The notes beneath the pieces were generated by a model, which worked only from the letters and a program-made list of their open reading frames with translations, was not told the origin of the DNA and did no database searches. The position numbers were made by a program, and so were the translations under genes. From assembly GCA_963845515.1 (NCBI GenBank), contig CAWJSR010000049.1, positions 1-64,000 on the forward strand: a DNA stretch of 64,000 nt. The letters are read 5' to 3'. The DNA comes from an uncultured delta proteobacterium (GTDB lineage: Bacteria; Myxococcota; Myxococcia; Myxococcales; Anaeromyxobacteraceae). Below are positions 29,393-38,551 of the stretch, in pieces (the stretch's first letter is position 1; each line of letters begins with the position of its first letter).

Positions 29393-29699
29393 TCGACGCC
29401 GCGATCCCGACTACCTACGCGATCCACGGACGCGTCGCACATTGGTAGAGGAAGGCGAGTAGCGGTCCCCCCCGTGTCCTACGCCGGTGTACCCTCCCTT
29501 CCTCGGGGTGGGACGGTGCGTACCTCATCATGGAGACCTATGGGACGACGGGAAGGCCCACTGCGGCGCCTACCGGACGAAGGTCGACATCCTCAGGATC
29601 TGAGATGCGATGGCGGAGGCCATCCGATCCGCGGGAGGCGCATTTGGAGGGGCCGCGGCCGAAGGAGGCCGGAGTACAGGAATCAAAGGGGGGAAGGTC

Positions 29700-31691
29700 A
29701 TGCGTGAAGCCGATGTCCCTGGGCGCAGCCAGCGCAGAGCGAACTGGCGCGCTTTGGCCGTGCGCGCGACGGCAAGCGCCATACTCCTGTGTTGCGCGAC
29801 CAGGGTGGAGGCGCAATTCAAGGTACCCGCGATTCCGGGGTGGACGGATACGTCTCCCGGTGTGACGCTTGGGCCACTCCCCGCTCTTTCATTGCAGCAA
29901 CTGACCGCTCTGCGCGGCGACAGCATCGTTGCGAGCGGGATAGATCTGCGCGACCCTAGTGCCGTCTTCAGGCCCAACTTCACCGTCCTCGTGATCTCCG
30001 GCGCAATGCCGCTGACCGTGAAGAGTGCAGGCGAGCTAGCCGACTCACTTCGGTCGCGGACGAACGCTCCCGTGCGATCGGCGAGAGTCGTGACCCGGCC
30101 TGGACTGCCCAGGCTTCGGGCTGACTACGAGCCTGTGATGAACGGAACTGTGATGCGGCAAGTCATGCATGTGATCGCCTGCGATACGCACACGGCCTTC
30201 GTGGGCTACACGTTTCCGAGGGAGGTGTCCGAGGCAGCCATCGCGCGGGCCGATGCTCATGCGGCGTCCATAGGTAGAGATCCCAGCTTCGTCGCACAGC
30301 CTGCTGAGCTACCGAAGAAGGGAACGGATTTGGAGGCGCTCCTCGCTACGGGGGCAAGGAACGGAAACATTGCGATGATGCGGGCGGCCCTCTCAGCCGG
30401 GGCCGACATCGACAACGCAGAACAGGGGCTCATGACGCCGCTCGGATGGGCGGCGATGAAGGGGCAAGTTGGTGCGGTGGACTTTCTGTTGCGCAACGGG
30501 GCAGGCATCAACCTCAAGTATGGCTTGCCCAGGCGCACGCCTCTTCACGAAGCCGCGCTGCGGGGACACCTCGAAGTGGTGCAGTTACTCGCCGAGTCCG
30601 GGGCGGACATCAACGCGCGGAACAAGGAGGGCCGAACCGCGCTCTTCTACGCAACGACGCCTCCGGCGCCTCATGAGAGGCCGGCGAACGCGGACGAGAT
30701 CGGCGCTTACCTGATCTCGAAGGGCGCTGTGAAGAGTGTTGGGGCCGCGAGCGCGCCGAACGCGGACTTGTATGGGGAGTTGCCACTCGCCGAAGCGGGA
30801 GTTCAGGGTCGGGGCACTCCTGCTGCCAGCGCTGCCGGTGACTCTCCCTTCGCAGCGGTCTTGAGGCTCTGGTCGAGCCCCGATGGACGATGGGCGGCTG
30901 CGTTTCCGGGGAAGCCAGAGCGGGTCGACCTGCAGGCGGGAGGGGCCGCTGGCGACGGATACCGACTGATCGCGATGACGCCGGACGGACCGGTCCTGTA
31001 CTTCGTCACCCTCATGGGCGTCGATGCGATGTCAGAGCGACCGCTCGCTGTCCAGGTGCGAGACATTCTGACGATGTCGACCGACGCCTATGTGCGAAGC
31101 GCCGGAGGGAATCCTGCGACCCTGAAGACGAAGTGGAGCACCTTCGGAAAGGGGCTGCCGCGGCTCGAACATCAGTTCTCGTCAGACAGGGAGGGGGTCG
31201 CGTTCGAGACGGTCGGGTTCTTCACGATGGTGGGAGTCGAGATCGTCCGCGTGAACGTCAGCTATCCGTCGATTCTGGAGAGCGTGCACCGCCCGAGCGC
31301 CATGGCCTTCCTTCAGTCGTTCGTCATGGCCGGCAGACCGGAGCTCAGCGTCGCGGAGTACGCCCGAAGAGTCGCGGGCGGCGCTGGTGGGGTCGAGGGT
31401 GCGTGCGACGCGCGACTGGAGCCCCAGATGCGCGCCGGGGTCGAAGAGCAGGGTGGAACGCATTTGGGAGTGCTGTGCTTTGCGCTCTCGGCTTCCGTCT
31501 ACGACTCTATGAGGAGTCTCGACCGCTCCCGCGCGGCGATGCAACGATCCGGGAAGGCCCAGGCGTGGGTGGACGGCGTCACCGGGGGCAAGCGCCAAGT
31601 GGAGCTCTACCTTGGTGATGGCATCGGATGGTGGCTGGCTCCCGCGCAGGTGGCTGGAAGGGCTGAGCTGGTTGTTCAGTTGATGCGCTAG
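29700..31691 (+). CDS. Secreted multidomain ankyrin-repeat protein
   Basis: Signal-like ASAILLCCATRVEAQ. Ankyrin repeats TPLGWAAMKGQVGAVDFLLRNGAGIN and TPLHEAALRGHLEVVQLLAESGADINARNKEGRTAL lie between unassigned alpha/beta domains. Confidence 0.75.
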   Translation: MREADVPGRSQRRANWRALAVRATASAILLCCATRVEAQFKVPAIPGWTDTSPGVTLGPLPALSLQQLTALRGDSIVASGIDLRDPSAVFRPNFTVLVISGAMPLTVKSAGELADSLRSRTNAPVRSARVVTRPGLPRLRADYEPVMNGTVMRQVMHVIACDTHTAFVGYTFPREVSEAAIARADAHAASIGRDPSFVAQPAELPKKGTDLEALLATGARNGNIAMMRAALSAGADIDNAEQGLMTPLGWAAMKGQVGAVDFLLRNGAGINLKYGLPRRTPLHEAALRGHLEVVQLLAESGADINARNKEGRTALFYATTPPAPHERPANADEIGAYLISKGAVKSVGAASAPNADLYGELPLAEAGVQGRGTPAASAAGDSPFAAVLRLWSSPDGRWAAAFPGKPERVDLQAGGAAGDGYRLIAMTPDGPVLYFVTLMGVDAMSERPLAVQVRDILTMSTDAYVRSAGGNPATLKTKWSTFGKGLPRLEHQFSSDREGVAFETVGFFTMVGVEIVRVNVSYPSILESVHRPSAMAFLQSFVMAGRPELSVAEYARRVAGGAGGVEGACDARLEPQMRAGVEEQGGTHLGVLCFALSASVYDSMRSLDRSRAAMQRSGKAQAWVDGVTGGKRQVELYLGDGIGWWLAPAQVAGRAELVVQLMR

Positions 31692-31844
31692 GCAAGACGG
31701 ACGGATGCCTGGTACCCCAAGTCTTGGTAAAGGGACTCCCCTCGCAATGCGAACTCTGGGCTCCGGTTTGAGTGCACAAATTGCTGTCGGAGGCGTCAGT
31801 TAGCTTCCGGTGCGTGAAACAGGGTTCCTGGGAGGGGCCACACC

Positions 31845-33044
31845 ATGGATGAACCTCAGGTCGAGGAGTTCAGTGAGCAGGCGAAGGAGCAATTGGCCAA
31901 GATGCACGACGCAGTTGCTGAAATCCGGCAGCACTTGGAGCAGGCGAAGACGGTCGCCAGTGAGGTGGGGGCCGTATCGGCCGCGATCCAGGCGACCAGC
32001 GGACAGGCGCGAGATGTCAGCGCTCAGGTCGCCGCAGCGCTCGAAACTGCGCGCGCCGCGACCAACGCTGCAAGTGACGCCGCGGCGCGAGCCGAGGCGC
32101 TGAGAACTCAAGTCGAGCAGGCGGCCCAGGTCGCGGAGACACGCTCGGCACACATCGAGGACGGGCGGAAGTACGTCGATACGAAGCGGGCCGAGATCGA
32201 CGTGATCCTCAATGGCGCTCAGCAATCTGCCGCCGGTGCCACGGCGCACCAGGCATCGGCCCGGGCCACCGTGGAGGCGCTCACTGCCCTACATGCGACT
32301 GCGCAGCAGGTCGTGAGTTCTTCGCAAGGGTTGGCGGAGGAGAGCGCCGCGGCTCGTGCCAGCGTCGAGGAGGACTCCCAGGCGACGACGCGACTGGCCC
32401 ACATCGCCGCAGAGACTGAAGCGCGGATCGCGAAGTACGAGGCGCGACTCGCGGAGTTGGACGCAGCTTCCGCGAAACAAGGCAAGGTGATCGACGAGCT
32501 GCTGCTCGGCGCAACGAATGCGGGGCTCGCGTCCGCGTTCGATAAGAGGAGTCAGACATTCAAGCGACCTGCGAGAACCTGGCAATACACCTTCGTTGGC
32601 GCCCTTGGTGGTCTACTCGTCTTAGCGTTCGCCGAAGCCCGGGTCGGTACGTCCGGTCAGATTCTCAGCTGGACCGAACTTGCGCGGATGGCGGTCCATC
32701 GGCTGCCATTCATGCTCCCGTTGATCTGGTTAGCCATTCATGCCGCGCGTCAAGCCTCTTTGGCGATGCGCATGGAGGAGGAGTACGGCTTCAAGGCTAC
32801 GGTCTCCACATCCTTCGAGGGCTACAGGCGACAGATGGCCGAGGTAGGTGGGGACCTCGCGCTTGAGTCTCCCCTCGCTCGGCTGTGCACCGATACGCTT
32901 AGGACGCTCTCCAAGCCCCCGGCCGATGTCTATGACAAGCATCGCATGGACCCGAATCCAGGGTCGGAGGCGGCGGAGAAGGTGCTGCCTATCCTCGAGG
33001 AACTTGCCAAGGTGGCCAACAGAATCCCCGGCATCAAGAGTTGA
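31845..33044 (+). CDS. Coiled-coil protein with C-terminal transmembrane helices
   Basis: About 220 aa of Ala/Glu/Gln heptads, then GLASAFDKR, two TM segments and RMEEEYGFKATVSTSFEGYRRQM. RBS GGAGGG. Confidence 0.7.
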   Translation: MDEPQVEEFSEQAKEQLAKMHDAVAEIRQHLEQAKTVASEVGAVSAAIQATSGQARDVSAQVAAALETARAATNAASDAAARAEALRTQVEQAAQVAETRSAHIEDGRKYVDTKRAEIDVILNGAQQSAAGATAHQASARATVEALTALHATAQQVVSSSQGLAEESAAARASVEEDSQATTRLAHIAAETEARIAKYEARLAELDAASAKQGKVIDELLLGATNAGLASAFDKRSQTFKRPARTWQYTFVGALGGLLVLAFAEARVGTSGQILSWTELARMAVHRLPFMLPLIWLAIHAARQASLAMRMEEEYGFKATVSTSFEGYRRQMAEVGGDLALESPLARLCTDTLRTLSKPPADVYDKHRMDPNPGSEAAEKVLPILEELAKVANRIPGIKS

Positions 33045-33156
33045 GTCACAGCAGCCTTGGGAACCCGCCTTGAGAAGGTGGCAGTCGCTTCGCACCGACG
33101 AATCCGGACAGGGTGCCGCCGGCGCCATGCAGCCCAGCCTATGAGCGGGAATCACC

Positions 33157-34851
33157 ATGACCGATGAAGTGGGACGGCCGGTGCTGCCAATTGGCGAGGA
33201 GGGAGAGCACTTCGATCGCAAGTCGCTCAGGCTCGTGACCAGTCCTCACGCCGACTGGGACGACGTCGCCAGGTCTTGCGTTGCGTTCGCGAATGGCGCT
33301 GGTGGGCGGCTCCTAGTCGGGATTGAGGATGACGTGGCGCTTCCGCGCCCGGGTCAGCAGGTCGATCCCGGGCTCGTCGAGAAGTTCAAGAAGAGGGTCG
33401 GGGAGCTCACGTCCAACGTGACCGTGGTGCCTGAGTTGAAGACGCATGAAAACGGTGGCCAGTACCTGGACGTCCATGTTCTTCGGGCTTCGGGGATCGC
33501 CTCGACGAGCGACGGTCGCTTCTTCTTGCGGGTTGGGGATGAGTGCAAGCCGCTCGTTGGCGAGGACGTGGCGCGACTCATCAATGAACGACCGGCGACA
33601 CCGTGGGAGTTCCTCGTCACAAGCGGTAGCGTTCGCACCGAGGCCGATGAATCCAAGGTGAAGTCGTTGTGCGATGCCCTCCGCGCATCGCCGCGAGTGA
33701 AGCCTTCGGTGAAGGAGAAGTCCAGCGAAGAGCTGCTGGCGCACTACCTGCTCTCCGCGGGCACGGACTTGACGAACCTCGGGGTGCTGCTGGTGGGCAC
33801 CGCCCGTCAACGAAGCCGGTTGGGGAGTGCGCCGGTCGTGCAGTTTATCAAGTACGACGAGCGTGGGACCAAGACGAACAAGGTGGCCTGGGACGACTAC
33901 TCCCTGTCGCCGATGGAGCTCCTCGATGCGGTGTGGCGAGAGGTCCCTGACTTCAGGGAGACCTACGAGGTACCCGATGGCCTCCTCAGGACGACGGTCC
34001 CCGCGTTCGAGGAGGTGGTCCTGCGCGAGGTCCTCGTCAACGCGCTGGTGCATCGCCCCTACACGCAGCGCGGCGACATCTACCTGAACCTCCACCCGGA
34101 TCGACTCGAGGTCGTCAACCCGGGGCGGCTGCCGCTGGGAGTCACTCCGCGGAACATCCTGCACGAAAGCCGGCGTCGCAACGACGGCCTGGCGCGCGTC
34201 TTCAGCGATCTGGGCCTCATGGAGCGGGAAGGGAGCGGCTTCGACCTGATCTATGACCGGCTGCTGCAAAGCGGCCGGCAGGTTCCGGAGATCACGGAGG
34301 GCGTGGACTCCGTCCACGTCACGGTTCCACGCCGGGTAATTCGGCCCGAGCTCATACGGCTGCTGAGGGAGGCGAACGATAGGTTCCAACTCGGTCAGCG
34401 GGAGCGCATTACGTTGGGCGTACTGGCCCTCACGGAAGGGCTGACTGCAGCGGAGTTCGCAAAGCGCCTCGAGCTACCTGATGCCGCCACGCTGCATGCG
34501 TGGACTGACCGCTTGCTCGAACTGGGGCTGATCGAGCCGGTGGGGCGTACCCGGGCGACGAGGTACTTCGTGCCGCCCGCGCTCCTGCGTTCAGCCGGCC
34601 TCGATCTGAAGACGACCCTCAAGCGCGTCCAGCCCCACAGGTTGCGGGCACTGATCCTGGAAGACCTGGAGCGGTTCCCGAACTCCTCGATCTCCGAGAT
34701 CCACCGCCGCATCGGGACTGAGATCAACGCGAAGACTCTGAAACGTGCCATCGACGGGCTGATTGTCGAGAAGCTGGCGGAGCCCACGGGGCGTAGGCGA
34801 TGGACCCGGTACAGACTGATCCCGGGCGGTTCTAAAGGACAGGAGCCGTGA
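33157..34851 (+). CDS. Schlafen/AlbA_2 - HATPase_c_4 - winged-helix protein
   Basis: EEGEHFDRKS...VAFANGAGGRLLVGIEDD (AlbA_2); LREVLVNALVHRPY...EVVNPG...RRNDGLARVFSDLGLMEREGSGF (HATPase_c_4); two C-terminal wHTHs (GRTRATRY, GRRRWTRY). Confidence 0.85.
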   Translation: MTDEVGRPVLPIGEEGEHFDRKSLRLVTSPHADWDDVARSCVAFANGAGGRLLVGIEDDVALPRPGQQVDPGLVEKFKKRVGELTSNVTVVPELKTHENGGQYLDVHVLRASGIASTSDGRFFLRVGDECKPLVGEDVARLINERPATPWEFLVTSGSVRTEADESKVKSLCDALRASPRVKPSVKEKSSEELLAHYLLSAGTDLTNLGVLLVGTARQRSRLGSAPVVQFIKYDERGTKTNKVAWDDYSLSPMELLDAVWREVPDFRETYEVPDGLLRTTVPAFEEVVLREVLVNALVHRPYTQRGDIYLNLHPDRLEVVNPGRLPLGVTPRNILHESRRRNDGLARVFSDLGLMEREGSGFDLIYDRLLQSGRQVPEITEGVDSVHVTVPRRVIRPELIRLLREANDRFQLGQRERITLGVLALTEGLTAAEFAKRLELPDAATLHAWTDRLLELGLIEPVGRTRATRYFVPPALLRSAGLDLKTTLKRVQPHRLRALILEDLERFPNSSISEIHRRIGTEINAKTLKRAIDGLIVEKLAEPTGRRRWTRYRLIPGGSKGQEP

Positions 34852-35198
34852 CGGTGTCCCATAGGATTAGCGCGGGGCGATGCAACCGCACGAAGATACG
34901 GGACAATTCTAAAGGACGACTGGCGGTGCAAGAGCGATTCCTGGATCTCTTGTCCAAGATCCGCGCCGAGGCGCGGTCGCAGCCGACGAGGCGATCGCCA
35001 TCGCTTCTGACGAGGCTCGAATAGGCCGCCGTCGACAACGTTTTCGACCGCATGCGGAGGTGCAAAGGGCGGCCGCAGAGGGCAAGACGAGCTCGTGGCC
35101 CTCCTGATGCTGCTGGCGGCGCGCCCCGCGCGGCTCTAGCAGGTCACGCGCGTCCGGGAGACTGGGAACCTTTCGCCGTGTTCAGGGAGCCTTACTGG

Positions 35199-35239
35199 GA
35201 GCCGGTGAGGGCGGCCCAACTGGCAGCCCTCGCCGGCTC
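35199..35239. terminator. Long GC-rich hairpin immediately downstream of the minus-strand ECF gene
   Basis: GAGCCGGTGAGGGCGGCC ... GGCAGCCCTCGCCGGCTC inverted repeat. No clear U-tract. Confidence 0.4.
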
Positions 35240-35849
35240 AGAACGCCTCGCGCAGCCTCCGCGCCTCCGCGCGGGCCCGCCCCAGGAGCGAGTTGACGGC
35301 GCCGTAGGAGCCGAGCCCTAGCAGCGACACGGCGTCGGCGATCCGGACGCCGTCGACGTCGACCAGCGCGAGCGCGCGCGCGTGGGCGGGCGCCAGCCGC
35401 GCGAACACCTCCCGCACCTCGGCCGCCGCCTCCAGCCGCCGCTCGGCGTGGAATACGCCGCGCTCGCGGAACAGGGGATCGATCTCGGCGTGCTTGGCCC
35501 GTCGCGTCGAGCGATCCCGGAGGAGCCGCGCCACCTTCCGGTGGGCGACCATCCGGACGAAGCCCCGGAAGGGCAGCCCCTCCGGCGGCGCCTCGTATCG
35601 CTCCCACCCCGTCCGCTGGGTCGCCTCGTCCCGCTCGCACAGATCCGCGAAGACGTCGGCGGCCGCGCCGCGCACGTCGAGGTGGGCGGCAGGAAGACGG
35701 AGCGCGGCGGCGAAGATCCTGCAGACGTCGCCGAGCGTGTCGGAGTAGAGCTTCGCCTGGGCGACCCGGTCGCCCTTGCGGGCGCGGTCGATGACGGCGG
35801 GGTCCTCGGCGGGGCGGAGGTCGGCGGTCTCTGAGTTGGTTTCGGTCAT
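35238..35849 (-). CDS. Divergent ECF-type RNA polymerase sigma factor
   Basis: DPAVIDRARKGDRVAQAKLY (ECF N-terminus), FRGFVRMVAHRKV (region 2.3-2.4), LAPAHARALALVDVDG...AVNSLLGRAR (region 4). Confidence 0.7.
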   Translation of the reverse strand: MTETNSETADLRPAEDPAVIDRARKGDRVAQAKLYSDTLGDVCRIFAAALRLPAAHLDVRGAAADVFADLCERDEATQRTGWERYEAPPEGLPFRGFVRMVAHRKVARLLRDRSTRRAKHAEIDPLFRERGVFHAERRLEAAAEVREVFARLAPAHARALALVDVDGVRIADAVSLLGLGSYGAVNSLLGRARAEARRLREAF

Positions 35850-35981
35850 GGCGATTGGATGGCCGCGACGGCGGCTTCAACGGGGAAGCGTCCGCTCTCC
35901 CCCGAACGGCCAGAGAATTCGTCGGGATCGCGCAACCGCGCGGAATCCGTGACTTTCGCGATCGGTTAAGATGGCGCGCCG

Positions 35982-36716
35982 ATGGCCTTCACGCTCGATG
36001 ACCTCCCCACCGTCTACGACGAGCTCCGGCGAAAGGCCCGGGAGATGTCCCGCGCCGCGCCCGGGACGCTGGTGGACACCGCCGGCCTCCACGAGGCGCT
36101 CGTGCGGGTCATCGGTGGAGAGCGGCGCGAGTGGAACGATCGCGCGCACTTCATCGGCCACTGCCTCATCGCGCTGCGCCGGACCTGGATCGATCACTGG
36201 CGCTCGCGCCGCCGTCACCACCCCGTCGAGGCGGCGCGCGCCGCCGCGGCGCTGGGGCGCGACGAGCGGGTGCAGGACCCGGAGGAGATCCTCGGGGCGC
36301 TGCGGCTCCTCGAGACGCTCGCCGCCGACGAGTCGGTCAAGCAGAGGGCCAGGATCGTCGAGGTCGTCGAGTGCCGCCACCTGCTCGGCATGACGGTCTC
36401 CGAGGTCGCGGAGGTGGTCGGCGCCTCTCCCTCCAGCGTCAAGGCGTGGCTCGCCTTCTTCCGGTCCTGGGCCCTCGCCCGGATCGCGCCGGAGCGCTCG
36501 TCCATCGACGCCGCGGTGGGGCGGCTGGAGCGGGACGCCTCGCTCCGCAGCGCCGCGCGGATCGCCGAGGTCGCGCGCCGCGTCTGCCTCGACCTGGAGC
36601 GCCCCGCGGACGTGGCGGCCAGCACCGGCAGGAGCACCCGCGACGTGCTCGCCGACCTGCGCTTCTTCTACGCGTGGATGGAGCGCGGCGACGAGGGACG
36701 AGGAGAGCTGCCGTGA
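35982..36716 (+). CDS. ECF sigma factor of the Ser/Thr-kinase-associated type, with duplicated region 4
   Basis: LPTVYDELRRKAR...TLVDTAGLHEAL...WNDRAHF...RRTWIDHWR is the signature of the kinase-linked ECF family. The C-terminal ~70 aa repeat the sigma4 pattern. Confidence 0.8.
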   Translation: MAFTLDDLPTVYDELRRKAREMSRAAPGTLVDTAGLHEALVRVIGGERREWNDRAHFIGHCLIALRRTWIDHWRSRRRHHPVEAARAAAALGRDERVQDPEEILGALRLLETLAADESVKQRARIVEVVECRHLLGMTVSEVAEVVGASPSSVKAWLAFFRSWALARIAPERSSIDAAVGRLERDASLRSAARIAEVARRVCLDLERPADVAASTGRSTRDVLADLRFFYAWMERGDEGRGELP

Positions 36717-38551
36717 CGCTGGGGATCGACGAGATCTGGCTGGAGGTCGCCCCGCTCCGAGGAGGCGCCCGCGAGCGGAAGCTGGAGGAGCTCTGCGCCG
36801 GGGACCCCGACCTCGCCGCCCGCGTCCGCGCGCTCCTCCCGTCCGACGAGGAGTCGACCGGGGCGCGGCTCGAGCCGCCCTGCCGGCTCGGTCCCTACGG
36901 GCTGCTGGAGCGGATCGCGAGCGGGGCCCACGGCGACGTCTACCGCGCGACGCGGGAGGACATCGAGGGGCAGGTGGCGCTCAAGGTGCTGCGCAGGCTC
37001 CCCGGGGCGAGCGAGCTGGTCTCGGAGGTCCGGCGGGAGGCGAGCTCCGCGCGGCGCATCCCGAGCGAGCACGTCGTGGCGGTCCACGGCGCGGGGCAGA
37101 TCCCGGGCGGCCCCGGCTACATCGAGATGGCGCTCTGCGCGGATCCCGATCCGATGCACCCCGGCGCGATCCGGATGGGCACGTCGCTGCGCCACGAGGC
37201 GATCGGCCCCGGCGGCCCGCGCCTGCCGGTCATGGAGGTGGCGCGGCTGCTGGAGCTGGCCTGCAGGGGCGCCGAGGCTGCACACCGGACTGGCGTCGTC
37301 CACGGCGACATCAAGCCGGAGAACGTCCTCGTCACGCCGATCAGCCGGCGCGTGATGCTGGCCGACTTCGGGATCGCCACGACCATGGCCCGCCACGACG
37401 GCGCCACAGCGCCCGACGGGAAGGTCCGGGCCGGGACGCTGGGCTACATGGCGCCCGAGCAGTTCTCGGACGGGCGCCAGGCCGACGTTCATTCCGACGT
37501 GTACCAGCTGGGTGGGACCCTCCTCTTTGCCCTGACCGGGGAGGTGCCTCACCCCGGCCGCCGCCTCGGCCCCGACGGGCTCGTCGACGCGCCGCGGACC
37601 GCGGTCCCGCCCTTCGTCCCGCAGCGGCTGGCCGAGATCGTGGACCGCGCGCTGGACCCGGAGCCGGAGCAGCGCTACCGCTCGGCGGGCGAGATGGCGG
37701 AGCAGCTGCGGCGCTTCCGCGAGCGGCTCCCCACCTACGACGACGAGCCGCAGCTGCGGCGCAGGGCGGCGCTCTTCGCGGAGCGCCACGCGAGCGTCCT
37801 GGTGGCGCTCTCCGGGGCGATCATCGTCTCCGCCCTCATCGGCCTGACCGGCTGGCGTTCCTTCACGGGGATCGTCCGCGATCGCGAGGCGCAGCTGGGC
37901 GAGCTCGAGGGGCGCCAGGCGGCGCTCGACGCCGACGGCAAGCGGCTGCACGCCGCCAACGCGGACCTCAGCGAGAAGCGGGCAGCGCTCGAGGCGCAGG
38001 TGGCCGAGCTCGAGGAGCGCATCGACGACTCCCGCCGGCCGCTCAGGGAGCTGCCGAAGGTCCGGGCCGAGCTCGCGGCGGCGAAGGCTGGCCTCTCGGA
38101 GCGCGAGCGGGCGCTCGCCGAGGCGCGGGCGGAGGCGCGGGCACGGGCCGACTCGGCGGAGGCGGCGCGGCGCGAGGCCGAGGAGCGGGCTGCGAGGCTA
38201 CAGGGATCGCTCGCGGCCGCGGAGCGGGCGGCGCAGCGGGTGGAGGCGGAGCTGGATCGCGCGAGGGAGCAGCTCGAGCGCCGCGCGAGGCTGGAGGCGG
38301 AGCGGGACGCGGCGAGGGAGCGTGCGATGGCGCTGGACGCGCGCGCCACGGCGCTGGAGAGGCAGGCCGCGGTCCTCGAGGACCGGCTCGACGCCTCTAC
38401 CCGCGCTGCCGAGGAGCTGCGGGCCAGGCTGCGCGAGGCGGAGCGGAAGGCGGCGGCGGCCCGGCGGCCGGCGGCCGCGCCCGCGGCAGCGCCTGGCCCG
38501 CCGCCGGTGTCGCCCGCGCCGCCGCCTACGGGCTTCTCAACGGGTCGGTAG
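36713..38551 (+). CDS. Membrane-bound Ser/Thr protein kinase with extracytoplasmic coiled coil
   Basis: GTG overlaps the ECF stop. N-terminal ERKLEELCAGDPDLAARVRALL; IASGAHGDVY, VALK, HGDIKPEN, DFG, GTLGYMAPE; one TM; about 200-aa coiled coil and a Pro-rich tail. Confidence 0.9.
   Translation: MTLGIDEIWLEVAPLRGGARERKLEELCAGDPDLAARVRALLPSDEESTGARLEPPCRLGPYGLLERIASGAHGDVYRATREDIEGQVALKVLRRLPGASELVSEVRREASSARRIPSEHVVAVHGAGQIPGGPGYIEMALCADPDPMHPGAIRMGTSLRHEAIGPGGPRLPVMEVARLLELACRGAEAAHRTGVVHGDIKPENVLVTPISRRVMLADFGIATTMARHDGATAPDGKVRAGTLGYMAPEQFSDGRQADVHSDVYQLGGTLLFALTGEVPHPGRRLGPDGLVDAPRTAVPPFVPQRLAEIVDRALDPEPEQRYRSAGEMAEQLRRFRERLPTYDDEPQLRRRAALFAERHASVLVALSGAIIVSALIGLTGWRSFTGIVRDREAQLGELEGRQAALDADGKRLHAANADLSEKRAALEAQVAELEERIDDSRRPLRELPKVRAELAAAKAGLSERERALAEARAEARARADSAEAARREAEERAARLQGSLAAAERAAQRVEAELDRAREQLERRARLEAERDAARERAMALDARATALERQAAVLEDRLDASTRAAEELRARLREAERKAAAARRPAAAPAAAPGPPPVSPAPPPTGFSTGR

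Larger units (their letters stand above)
29400..35050. mobile_element. Putative horizontally acquired lower-GC insert (no integrase seen; boundaries approximate)
   Basis: Visibly more A/T and more A/T-ending codons than the flanks. Contains three accessory genes and fragmentary ORFs at both edges. Confidence 0.55.
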
